This document shows positions 17,890-26,873 of a stretch of 34,172 bases of DNA, in pieces (within the stretch, counting starts at the first letter, position 1; every line of letters starts with the position of its first letter). Source of the DNA: a virus. Taxonomy: Duplodnaviria > Caudoviricetes. The stretch covers positions 1 through 34,172 of the IMG/VR virus record IMGVR_UViG_3300038321_000427; one strand, given 5' to 3'. Made by a program: the position numbers and the translations under genes. The notes beneath the pieces were generated by a model. The model had not been told where the DNA came from. It saw nothing but the letters and a program-made list of their open reading frames with translations, and searched no databases.

Positions 17890-18144
17890 ATGTGGAGTAT
17901 GGATAAGGTAATTGATATTAAAAAAAGATATTCAAGAGAGTTAGAAGATATTGATTATATTTTAAGAAATTTAGAAAATGGTAGGTACTATGAAAATACA
18001 AAGGCTAAAATGGATGGATATTTAGCAACTAATATAGCTGATATAAGAAAAGATCTTAATGATTTAATAAACAAAATAGAATATAATAAAGATTCTATAG
18101 ATGAAAAAATAGGGAAAGAATTTTCTAAGATACAAAATAAATAA
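17890..18144 (+). CDS. Hypothetical protein
   Basis: 84-aa ORF; RBS candidates for starts at 17890 and 17899. Confidence 0.6.
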   Translation: MWSMDKVIDIKKRYSRELEDIDYILRNLENGRYYENTKAKMDGYLATNIADIRKDLNDLINKIEYNKDSIDEKIGKEFSKIQNK

Positions 18145-18247
18145 ATTTAGGGTATCTGAAAGGGCTGAATAAGCTCTTTTTATTTTTAAATAATGTTAAG
18201 TGTAAAGTAAAAATACTTGACAGCAATATGAATATGGAGGTGATAAA

Positions 18248-18691
18248 ATGCTAAATGAAGTTAAGTTGAATTGTATTGAATATTTAGTGAGTGGTATGGA
18301 AAAAACAGAGATTTCAAAATTAATTGGTAAGAGTAGGCAGGCAATATATGAATGGATTAATAAAGATGAAGAATTTAAAAAAGAACTTGCCAAAAGGTTA
18401 CAGGAACGTAAAACTTCAGCCACCAGAAAAATCAATTCAAAATTACCACAAGCAATTGATAAAGTATGGTATTTAATTGAAAATGCTCAATCTGAAAAGG
18501 TAAAATCTGATTTACTAAAGTATTGGATTGATAGAGAAATGGGGACACCTACAAGCAAAGTACAAGATGTTACAGGACAGGAAGATAAGAATGATAAGGC
18601 AATATCTGCTGATGATTTGAAAGCTGAATTTACTAAGTTTAAGAAGGTCAAAGATGATAATGAGGATAAGCCAAACCTCAAGGCGGTTTAA
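18248..18691 (+). CDS. Probable terminase small subunit (phBC6A51-type HTH)
   Basis: KTEISKLIGKSRQAIYEWINKDEEF HTH plus helical oligomerisation region; lies upstream of terL; GGAGGTGA RBS. Confidence 0.72.
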   Translation: MLNEVKLNCIEYLVSGMEKTEISKLIGKSRQAIYEWINKDEEFKKELAKRLQERKTSATRKINSKLPQAIDKVWYLIENAQSEKVKSDLLKYWIDREMGTPTSKVQDVTGQEDKNDKAISADDLKAEFTKFKKVKDDNEDKPNLKAV

Positions 18692-18965
18692 TATCTTATA
18701 ATATTACAACCTTAACTGGAATTATAATTAGTTTATTATGGCTGATTTAAGCTATACTAAGTGTACTAATATACTCATATGGTGCTAGTATATACTGTTA
18801 GTACATGGCTTTATATGGCTCATATAATGCGTAGTTTATGTAGTCTTATAACAATGTTATGTATTGTTAAGTTAAGATTATATAAGACATTACTTTAAAA
18901 TTTTGATTTTATTCTACTGGAATATACCATAAGTAGAAGTTAGCATTATTACATATCTAATTTGT

Positions 18966-19135
18966 GTATCAAAAAGTATACCTAATGACACATAACTAAC
19001 GTTACCATATATCAAGTGCTATCGTAGTATCAAAATGTTATTAAAAAACTTTTGAAACGTATCAAAAGTACATTGACTATTTGATACAGTATGATATAAT
19101 TAAAGTATCAAAAGTAGTGAGGGGAGTTTTGATAC
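18966..19135 (+). promoter_or_regulatory. res-like recombinase binding site overlapping the resolvase promoter
   Basis: GTATCAAAA at 18966, 19027, 19059 and 19105; inverted TTTGA(T/A)AC at about 19050, 19080 and 19127; TTGACT (19073) N16 TATAAT (19095) with extended TG. Confidence 0.7.
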
Positions 19136-19136
19136 T

Positions 19137-19736
19137 ATGAGTAAAACAGTTGCATATGTAAGGGTATCTAGTAAAGATCAGAATTTAGATAGACAACTTG
19201 ACGAGATTAAGAAATTGGGTATAGAAGATAAATATATATATACTGATAAGCAGAGCGGTAAGGACTTTGACCGAATAGGTTATCAGTATATGAAAAAAGG
19301 ACTTGAAAAGGATGATTTACTTGTAATAAAAAGTTTAGATAGATTTGGACGTAACTATGAGGAAATAATGGCTGAATGGAATGATATTACTAAAAATATA
19401 GGTGCTGATATTAAAGTACTTGATATGGATTTATTAGATACTACTAAGAATAAGGATTTGTTGGGTACATTTATTAGTGATTTAGTATTACAGGTATTAA
19501 GTTTTGTAGCTGAAAATGAACGTAAAAATATAAAACAAAGGCAACATGAAGGAATTAAGAGTGCTAAAGATAGAGGTGTAAAATTTGGTAGACCTACAAT
19601 AGATATAGATGGTAATTTTATAACAGTATACAATAAGTGGAAAGTAGGAGAAATTAAAGCTGTAGAAGCAATGGAGCTATGCAATATGACTAAGGCAACA
19701 TTTTATAGGAAAGTAAAGCAATATGAGAATAGATAG
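19137..19736 (+). CDS. Small serine recombinase (resolvase/invertase)
   Basis: AYVRVSSKDQNLDRQ catalytic Ser motif, SLDRFGR, KFGRP and C-terminal HTH (TKATFYR). Confidence 0.93.
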   Translation: MSKTVAYVRVSSKDQNLDRQLDEIKKLGIEDKYIYTDKQSGKDFDRIGYQYMKKGLEKDDLLVIKSLDRFGRNYEEIMAEWNDITKNIGADIKVLDMDLLDTTKNKDLLGTFISDLVLQVLSFVAENERKNIKQRQHEGIKSAKDRGVKFGRPTIDIDGNFITVYNKWKVGEIKAVEAMELCNMTKATFYRKVKQYENR

Positions 19737-19836
19737 AACAATTATATATGAATATTATTAAAGGACATGAGATAGGATAGAATCATCTTATGTCTTTTGT
19801 TTCGTCTAAAGATAATAGTATATTAATTGCAGCAGG

Positions 19837-20097
19837 AGCGGAACTAAAATGTATCATTAAATAAGGGTAAATAAAAAAACTATCAAACTTGATAGCTGAA
19901 TTTGAAAAAGAAATTCCTTGTACTTAATTATAAGGCTGCTGTTATGGCAAGATTTGTACATTAAGAATAGGAAATACATTTATATTTTAATCAAAAGTAG
20001 CGGAATGAAATGAAAATAATTATATAAACCTACATTTAAAAAAATTCTCATGGTAGCGGAACACTGACGTATTATATTATACCAACGGTAGCGGAAC
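19837..20097 (+). repeat. Four AGCGGAA direct repeats
   Basis: AGCGGAAC (19837), GTAGCGGAA (19997), GGTAGCGGAAC (20052 and 20087). Confidence 0.65.
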
Positions 20098-20152
20098 GAT
20101 AAAAATTTTGGGGCGTACTTCTTTTTATTTTTTTTCAACGACCCCTTGCAGT

Positions 20153-20542
20153 TACTTCAACAATTTTTTATACCATTTTTTTAACTTTCAAATTAAATAA
20201 AGTCCTACAGGGAAATTACATACCTACCAGTCAAATATGACACACAGGTTCAACAACCTCATATTTAAGGTACTTCAACTATGTCATATATGACTTACTT
20301 CAAGAGTGGTCATTATAGCCACACTTTATTAACACTTGTCATAATGACGTTACTTCAAGGTGTCACAGAAATGCGATTACTACTAATACCATTACAAAGG
20401 TGTTGTTACATAACAATACCGTAACTACTGGTCAAAACGACCTTAACTGAAAGATTATTCATTAATGAGTAAATATCACTCAAATTTTCTAATATTAATT
20501 ATACCATATTTTCAATAAAAATCATTCTGGACAAAAAGTCCA
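20153..20542. repeat. Array of TACTTCAA octamers interleaved with short variable palindromes
   Basis: TACTTCAA at 20153, 20271, 20296 and 20351; palindromes at 20230, 20283, 20306, 20338, 20399, 20430 and 20528. Confidence 0.65.
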
Positions 20543-20659
20543 TAACTAAATTAATAAAAAATATATAATAAAAAATATTTTATAAATTTCAAATTAGTAA
20601 GTTTCAAATTGAAACCTACTCCATTAAATAAAATTGAATACAAGGAGATGATGGAGCAA

Positions 20660-22435
20660 ATGGAATACGATGGTATAGAATTTTTTGATGAAAATAAAGA
20701 TAAAGAAAATGACCAATTTAATAGATATTTGCTTCATAAATTCATAAAAAAAATATATATAGACAATGGAGCAACAGACGAACAAGCAGAACAGGCTACA
20801 GAAGAAATGATACTTAAATATAAAGATAATCTTTTTGGTCATAATGGGTTAGCGGTTATGATAGGAGAAATTAGTATACCATTTTTCTGTTCATATTTTT
20901 TACAAGATACATTCATCCCAAAGGATGATAATACTGCAAGAGAATTAGCAGCAGTACATTATATGATATGGGATACACTAGAAGAAATGATTATTGATGA
21001 TAAATTCGACAAATTAGAACTAATTATGCCAAGAGGTACTGCAAAAACAACAGTATGCGACTTTGCTTTATCAGTATATTTACATTGCTATAGAAAGTCA
21101 ATTTATACTCTTGTATGTGGTAAAACCGAACAAGATTCAGTTGAATTTATAGCACAAACTAGACAAGCATTTGAAGAAAATCCTTATATAATCAAAAGTT
21201 TTGGAAAGCAAATTAATACTAAAGAAAATACAGTAAATAAACTAGAATTGGAATTATCTAATAAAACAAAAATACAAGCAATATCTTCTACAACCAGTAT
21301 GAGAGGTAAGAAGTATAATGGGACAAGACCTTCAACCATAATAGCTGATGATTACCAGTCTAAAGCAGATTGTGTTACTCAAGAAGCAAGGGATAAGAAA
21401 TATAATACATGGTCAGAGGATAGTGAATTTGCAGGAGATAAAGCAGTAATTCGTCATGGTAAAAAGATAAAAAGTGCAACTAAATTTATTGTGCTTGGAA
21501 CAATTTTACATAGAGATTGCTTTATGTCAAGATTATTAAAAAATAAAGAATATAAACATACAGTAAAACGACTTTGTGATTTTGATGTAGATAAATATTT
21601 TCATAGTGGACTATGGGAAGAATTTAGAAAAATATATTTTGATGATAAATTACAAGATAATGTTAGTGAAGCAAAAGAATTTTACTATCAAAATGAAAAG
21701 GAAATGCAATATAAAACCATTTGGCAAGATAAATATAATTGTTTAGAAGAAGCAATTAGTTATTATAATAATCCAGTTGCATGGAAACAAGAAATGCAGA
21801 ATGACGCTAGTAAGATAGGAGAGAAATGGTTTAAAAGTATTATTACTAAGTCTTATGAAGAAATTAAATCTCATACAGTAGAGAAGATGATGTTATGTGT
21901 TGATCCTGCAAGTACGAGTACAAAACGTTCAGATAGTTTTGCATTTTTAGTTGGTTCAACTTCTGATAATGGCTTTAAGTATGTACACAAAGGAGAGCTA
22001 ATTAAGTTTGATGCACGTACTCAGTTTGATGAATATTTGGGACATATAATAGATTTATTAAAAGAATATAAGCAAATAACTCATGTATTCATAGAGAAAA
22101 ACACGTTTAATGGTTCAGATGCAAACCAACTTGAAAAATTAATAGAAAATGATCTCGAATTAAGTGGTAGAGATATAACCATTATTAATGAGAGCCAAAA
22201 GAAAAATAAAGATGATAAAATAGCAAGTTGTGTTTCAGCAGTAAACAATGGTGCAGTAATTTTTAATGAGGAAGATACTGACTTTACAGACCAGGTAAAA
22301 GAATTTTGTGGACAAGACTTTTCTTTACATGATGATGCACCAGATGTATTAAGCGAATTTTACAACAGGATAGATAATATAGAGGTAATACAACCTTTAA
22401 GATTTTTACATTTACCAAAAGAAATAAAATTTTAG
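20660..22435 (+). CDS. terL: Terminase large subunit
   Basis: Walker A MPRGTAKTT, RGKKYNGTRP, Walker B IIADD, coupling VLGT, nuclease CVDPAS, IEKNTF, HDDAPD; AGGAGATGA RBS favours ATG 20660 (ORF opens at 20609). Confidence 0.92.
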   Translation: MEYDGIEFFDENKDKENDQFNRYLLHKFIKKIYIDNGATDEQAEQATEEMILKYKDNLFGHNGLAVMIGEISIPFFCSYFLQDTFIPKDDNTARELAAVHYMIWDTLEEMIIDDKFDKLELIMPRGTAKTTVCDFALSVYLHCYRKSIYTLVCGKTEQDSVEFIAQTRQAFEENPYIIKSFGKQINTKENTVNKLELELSNKTKIQAISSTTSMRGKKYNGTRPSTIIADDYQSKADCVTQEARDKKYNTWSEDSEFAGDKAVIRHGKKIKSATKFIVLGTILHRDCFMSRLLKNKEYKHTVKRLCDFDVDKYFHSGLWEEFRKIYFDDKLQDNVSEAKEFYYQNEKEMQYKTIWQDKYNCLEEAISYYNNPVAWKQEMQNDASKIGEKWFKSIITKSYEEIKSHTVEKMMLCVDPASTSTKRSDSFAFLVGSTSDNGFKYVHKGELIKFDARTQFDEYLGHIIDLLKEYKQITHVFIEKNTFNGSDANQLEKLIENDLELSGRDITIINESQKKNKDDKIASCVSAVNNGAVIFNEEDTDFTDQVKEFCGQDFSLHDDAPDVLSEFYNRIDNIEVIQPLRFLHLPKEIKF

Positions 22436-22451
22436 AAATAGGAGGTAGAAC

Positions 22452-23864
22452 ATGGCAGATAATATTCAAGAGAATAATAATATACCAGTAATAGATGTAC
22501 TTGACACACAAATGCGTAAAGTTGTTACTGAATGTATCTCACAATATGACACAGAACATCTATTGAATGAAAGCAAATATAATTATTATAAAGACCGACA
22601 CGATATACTTGATAATTATAAATCTACAGATAGACGTTCTAATCAAATATGTCAATGTAATTTTGTTGGTAGGTTCATAGATGAGGAAATTAGTTATATT
22701 TGTGGAAAGCCAGTTAGTTTTGTACCAAAGAATGGGAATGATAATGTAATAATGGATATAGATTATTATTTATCTCATTGGAGTAAGAAACATAATCAAA
22801 CTGTATGTAGAGATTTAAGTATATATGGTAAAGTATTTGAATTATATTACATAAATGATGATTTAGACTTCTGTTCCAAAGTGTTAAATCCATTAGATTC
22901 ATTTGGTTTAATTGATGAAAATAATAATGTAATATTATTCTTATATTTTTATCGAAAGCCATTTGATAGTCAAATATATACAGATATTTATACAGATAAA
23001 GAAATAATAACTGTATATAAGGACACTTTACAGGTAGTAAGCAGAAGAATAAATATATTTAATCGTGTACCAGTTAGTTTTGCAACTATAGACCGTACTG
23101 TATATGACATGATAAAGACTTTAAATGATAGTTATAATATAACTCTTAGTAATGCTGTCAATGAAAATTCAGATTTCAGAAATGCTTACTTAAAAATAGT
23201 TGGAGCAAAAGTTAGTGAAGAAGATATTCAATTTTTCGATAAAAAGGGTATTATAAATGTACCAAAGGACGCAGATATGGACTTCTTAATTAAAAATCTA
23301 AATGACCAATATTTAAAGACTACACTCAAAGAAACAAAGGATGATATTTACGAGTGTACTGGACATATAGATACTTCACAGAAGTTGTCCTCGAACACTT
23401 CTAGCCTTGCGTTACGTGGTCGAATTTTAACGTTAGAGCAACGTTGCCAGTTAATAGCAGACGCTATGACAGATGTTGTTAAAATAAGGTTGAAATTCTT
23501 ATTTATGTATCTAAAGAATTATTTAGCAGAGTATAAGGATAAAGACCCTAAAACATATAATTGGAAGAATATTGATGTAACCTTTACACCAAATGTTCCT
23601 ACAGACCTTACTATGATAGCAAATGTTATTAGTCAATTAGGTGGTATCGAATTGAGCCAAGAAACCAAACTATCATTACTTCCATTCGTTGAAAATCCTA
23701 GACTTGAGATGAAACGTATTAAAGATGAACAGGACGCTAATATGCTTAATGTAGATGATTATAACCCTTATTCTACAGAGGAAACAGATGAAAGTAAAAC
23801 TAATATAGGTGATAATGGTGACCCTACAAATGTACCTAACCCAATGAGTACGGTGGGTGTATAG
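22452..23864 (+). CDS. Portal protein (SPP1 gp6-like)
   Basis: NFVGRFIDEEISYICGKPV, SIYGKVFELYY, SNTSSLAL, FTPNVP, LSQETKLSLLPFV; follows terL. Confidence 0.9.
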   Translation: MADNIQENNNIPVIDVLDTQMRKVVTECISQYDTEHLLNESKYNYYKDRHDILDNYKSTDRRSNQICQCNFVGRFIDEEISYICGKPVSFVPKNGNDNVIMDIDYYLSHWSKKHNQTVCRDLSIYGKVFELYYINDDLDFCSKVLNPLDSFGLIDENNNVILFLYFYRKPFDSQIYTDIYTDKEIITVYKDTLQVVSRRINIFNRVPVSFATIDRTVYDMIKTLNDSYNITLSNAVNENSDFRNAYLKIVGAKVSEEDIQFFDKKGIINVPKDADMDFLIKNLNDQYLKTTLKETKDDIYECTGHIDTSQKLSSNTSSLALRGRILTLEQRCQLIADAMTDVVKIRLKFLFMYLKNYLAEYKDKDPKTYNWKNIDVTFTPNVPTDLTMIANVISQLGGIELSQETKLSLLPFVENPRLEMKRIKDEQDANMLNVDDYNPYSTEETDESKTNIGDNGDPTNVPNPMSTVGV

Positions 23865-23880
23865 AAGGTAGGTGCATAAC

Positions 23881-24744
23881 ATGGAAAATGTTAAAGATAA
23901 ACCTAAAACCAAGGATGAAAAGAAGCTACAGAAAGAAATGTTAGCTTTATTTTTGTCCATTTTAGCATACAGTAAAAACATAAATCCCATAATGTTGGGA
24001 TATAAGCAGAATAGAGAACTTATAAAAAGAAAAATAAATCAGTTATATTTGATGTACTCAAAAGAGGGTGAATTAAATATGACTAATAAAGAAATAAATA
24101 AAAATCTACAACAATTAAAACCAATATTTAAGCAAATTGTGTCAAATTTAACTTTACTTGAAGATAATCAATTAAAAGAATTACTTAATAAAGTGTATAA
24201 GCAAGGTTATTATAAGACTTCTTACATATTGGCTACAGGATTAGCTTTTACTTTAAAGAAAATTACTGATAAGCAAATTAATAAGGTAATTAATGAAAAA
24301 ATAGACCATAAAAGTGCTTTTGATAGAAATAAAATAAATAAGACTAAGTTTGTAAATAAAATGATTAAAGATATAAAATACAACTTACAAAAGGACAAAA
24401 CTATGGAGCAAATGTTTGATACCATAGATAAGGACTTTAATACAGGAGTATTTTATAGTCATAGGCTCATAGAAAACCAACTTACAATAGACTTTGAACA
24501 GGCACAACTTGAAGCATATGAAAATGCAGGAATAGAAAAAGTTGAATATTGTGCAGTATTAGATAATAGGACTACCAAATTATGTGAGAGTTTGAATGGT
24601 AATATTTATCCAATAGATGAAGCACCTATTCCAGTTCTTGATACTCATATTAATTGTAGGTCAACTTTAATTCCTTATGAAACGGACTGGAAAAAATCAA
24701 ATTCCCTATCATGGGAATTATATCAAGCAGAAAATCAGATTTAA
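23881..24744 (+). CDS. Minor head protein (SPP1 gp7/Mu gpF-like)
   Basis: AVLDNRTTKLCESLNG...HINCRSTLIP. Confidence 0.88.
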   Translation: MENVKDKPKTKDEKKLQKEMLALFLSILAYSKNINPIMLGYKQNRELIKRKINQLYLMYSKEGELNMTNKEINKNLQQLKPIFKQIVSNLTLLEDNQLKELLNKVYKQGYYKTSYILATGLAFTLKKITDKQINKVINEKIDHKSAFDRNKINKTKFVNKMIKDIKYNLQKDKTMEQMFDTIDKDFNTGVFYSHRLIENQLTIDFEQAQLEAYENAGIEKVEYCAVLDNRTTKLCESLNGNIYPIDEAPIPVLDTHINCRSTLIPYETDWKKSNSLSWELYQAENQI

Positions 24745-24789
24745 TTATGAAGTAGCACAGAATTTTGTACTACTTCATTTTTATTATAC

Positions 24790-24875
24790 GTCTTTTTAGG
24801 ATTTGCAGACATTATAAAGAACAAATTACTAAATAAATATTTGAACTTTATAGGACTAAGGGAGTGACTATAAAG
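24790..24875 (+). promoter_or_regulatory. Structured leader motif upstream of the scaffold gene (copy 1)
   Basis: GTCTTTTT..TTGCAGAC..TAAA..AACAA..TTGAA then CTTTATAG/CTATAAAG stem; similar motif at 25480. Confidence 0.55.
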
Positions 24876-24895
24876 GGCAGGAGGTTATATTAATT

Positions 24896-25477
24896 ATGGC
24901 AATAGAAAATTTTAAGGAAATTACAGATTATTTTGATACAAATAAAGATAGTGAAGATGTTAAAAATTTTAAGAGTTCAATAGTCAACGTTGATAATGTT
25001 AAAAACTTTCTTGAAAATAATGAAGAAGGAAAAAAATATATAAATTCTTATGCTGATACTAGAGTAAGCAAAGGAATTGAAACTTTTAAACAAAATAATT
25101 TAGAGAAATTAATAAATGATGAAATAGCAAAACGTAATCCTTCAACAGACCCAAAAGACCAAGCTTTAGCTGATTTACAAAAAGAAATGGAAAAAATGAA
25201 AGCTGAAAGTGCTAGAAAAGACCTTGCTAATAAAGCATTGAAGGTAGCACAGGAAAAGAAAATACCTTCTGATTTAGTTAATTATTTTGTAGGTGCTGAT
25301 GAAGAAACTACTAAAAATAATTTAGATGTTTTATCCAAGGCTCTTGAAGCTTATAGTCAAAAGGCTAAAGAAGAAATATTAAAGAGTGGTTCATATACAC
25401 CACCTAAGAGTAATCCTATTACAACAGAAGAACAGGCAAAATCAGAAGTATATAAATATTTTGGATTAAATAAATAA
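24896..25477 (+). CDS. Capsid scaffolding protein (DUF4355-like)
   Basis: DTRVSKGIETF, helical charged body, C-terminal YTPPK; lies upstream of the capsid gene. Confidence 0.85.
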   Translation: MAIENFKEITDYFDTNKDSEDVKNFKSSIVNVDNVKNFLENNEEGKKYINSYADTRVSKGIETFKQNNLEKLINDEIAKRNPSTDPKDQALADLQKEMEKMKAESARKDLANKALKVAQEKKIPSDLVNYFVGADEETTKNNLDVLSKALEAYSQKAKEEILKSGSYTPPKSNPITTEEQAKSEVYKYFGLNK

Positions 25478-25479
25478 AA

Positions 25480-25546
25480 GTCTTTTTGTTATTGCAGACT
25501 TAAAAAAACAAGAATTGAACTTAAAGATAGTATGACTATTTTTAAG
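25480..25546 (+). promoter_or_regulatory. Structured leader motif upstream of the capsid gene (copy 2)
   Basis: GTCTTTTT..TTGCAGAC.TAAA..AACAA..TTGAA then CTTAAAGATAGT/ACTATTTTTAAG stem. Confidence 0.55.
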
Positions 25547-25588
25547 AAAATAAATAAAAAATAAATTATAAAGGATGGTAATAATAAT

Positions 25589-26512
25589 ATGGCAAATTCA
25601 ATAGCTTATGCACAAATTTTTCAACAGGCTTTAGATACACAGCTTATAGCAGGTGCTACAAGTGGATGGATGGAAGCAAATGCAGGACAAGTTATATATA
25701 ATGGCGGTAATGAAATAAAACTTCCAAAGATAAATATGGATGGTATGGCAAATTATGATAGAAATAATGGTTTTACTCAAGGTGGAGTTAATCTTGTATA
25801 TGAAACTATGACACTTACTCAAGATAGAGGTAGAACCTTCTCATTAGATACTAATGACGTAGACGAAAGTAATTTTGTTGCTACTGCAAGTAATGTTATG
25901 TCAGAGTTCCAAAAAACTTTAGTTATTCCAGAAATAGATGCTTATAGATATTCTAAAATGGCAACTTTAGCAATTGCAGGAAGTCAAGCAAGTGGTGGTT
26001 ATACACCTGCTACTACAGATATATTAAGCAAGTTAAAAACTGATATATCAAAAGTTAAGGACATTGTTGGTGACGTTCCTCTAGTTATTACTATGAGTTC
26101 TCTTACTAAGAATATATTAGAAACTTCCGCAGAAATATCTAAACAGTTAGTTGTTAATGACTTTACAAGTGGATTATATAGTACAAAAGTTTCTGTACTT
26201 GATGATTGCCCTATAATAGCAGTACCAAGTGCTAGATTAAAGACAGCATATGTTTTCAATGATGGTAAGACAACTGGACAAACTCAAGGAGGTTTTGTTG
26301 CAGATGCTAGTGCTAAGAATATAAACTGGATTATATCAAGACAGGATGCCCCAGTTGCTATAAGTAAGACAGATACTATAAGAATATTTGATCCAATGAC
26401 AAACCAACAGGCAAACGCTTATAAACTAGATTACAGAAAATATCACGACATTTTCATACCCGACAATAAATTGAAGGGCGTATTTGTCAACGTTAAAGAA
26501 GCTTTATCATAA
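25589..26512 (+). CDS. Major capsid protein (HK97 fold)
   Basis: GGNEIKLP, YDRNNGF, LTQDRGRTFSLD..DVDES, VIPEIDAYRYS, YRKYHDIFI. Confidence 0.9.
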   Translation: MANSIAYAQIFQQALDTQLIAGATSGWMEANAGQVIYNGGNEIKLPKINMDGMANYDRNNGFTQGGVNLVYETMTLTQDRGRTFSLDTNDVDESNFVATASNVMSEFQKTLVIPEIDAYRYSKMATLAIAGSQASGGYTPATTDILSKLKTDISKVKDIVGDVPLVITMSSLTKNILETSAEISKQLVVNDFTSGLYSTKVSVLDDCPIIAVPSARLKTAYVFNDGKTTGQTQGGFVADASAKNINWIISRQDAPVAISKTDTIRIFDPMTNQQANAYKLDYRKYHDIFIPDNKLKGVFVNVKEALS

Positions 26513-26518
26513 AATAAT

Positions 26519-26541
26519 GGGGTGGATAATATCCACCTCTT
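26519..26541 (+). terminator. Hairpin after the capsid gene (terminator or stabiliser)
   Basis: GGGGTGGAT-aat-ATCCACCTC-TT. Confidence 0.55.
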
Positions 26542-26575
26542 ACTATTATATTAATGAAAGGTAGGAAAATAATAT

Positions 26576-26815
26576 ATGAAATTACAACGTTTAAATGTAA
26601 TTAGAGTAGTTAATGATAAAGAGGAAAATATAATAAATAAATTAAAATCTAATGGATTTAATGAAATAAGCGAAGATGGTAAAGTAATAGATGCTAAAGA
26701 GGATGAAATAGAAAAAGAAGTTGAAAAACGTGTTGAAGAAATAAAGAAAGAACTTGAAAAAGAATTAGCTGATAAAGCAAAAGCAGATGATGATAAAAAA
26801 GGTAAAAATAAATAG
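26576..26815 (+). CDS. Small charged head-associated protein
   Basis: MKLQRLNVIRVV...LKSNGF, resembling small post-capsid phage genes. Confidence 0.7.
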   Translation: MKLQRLNVIRVVNDKEENIINKLKSNGFNEISEDGKVIDAKEDEIEKEVEKRVEEIKKELEKELADKAKADDDKKGKNK

Positions 26816-26854
26816 GAGGGTATAGGTATTTTTTATCTATATCCTTATTTTTTT
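26816..26854 (+). terminator. Rho-independent terminator
   Basis: GAGGGTATAGGTA...TATCTATATCCTT then ATTTTTTT. Confidence 0.65.
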
Positions 26855-26873
26855 GTAAATGTGAGGTGATTAT

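Noticed and set aside
18762-18805. Bulged hairpin TGTACTAA/TTAGTACA after terS
   Set aside because: AT-rich and isolated, so no function can be supported
20153-20542. CRISPR array
   Set aside because: Constant part is only 8 bp, spacing is irregular and there are no cas genes
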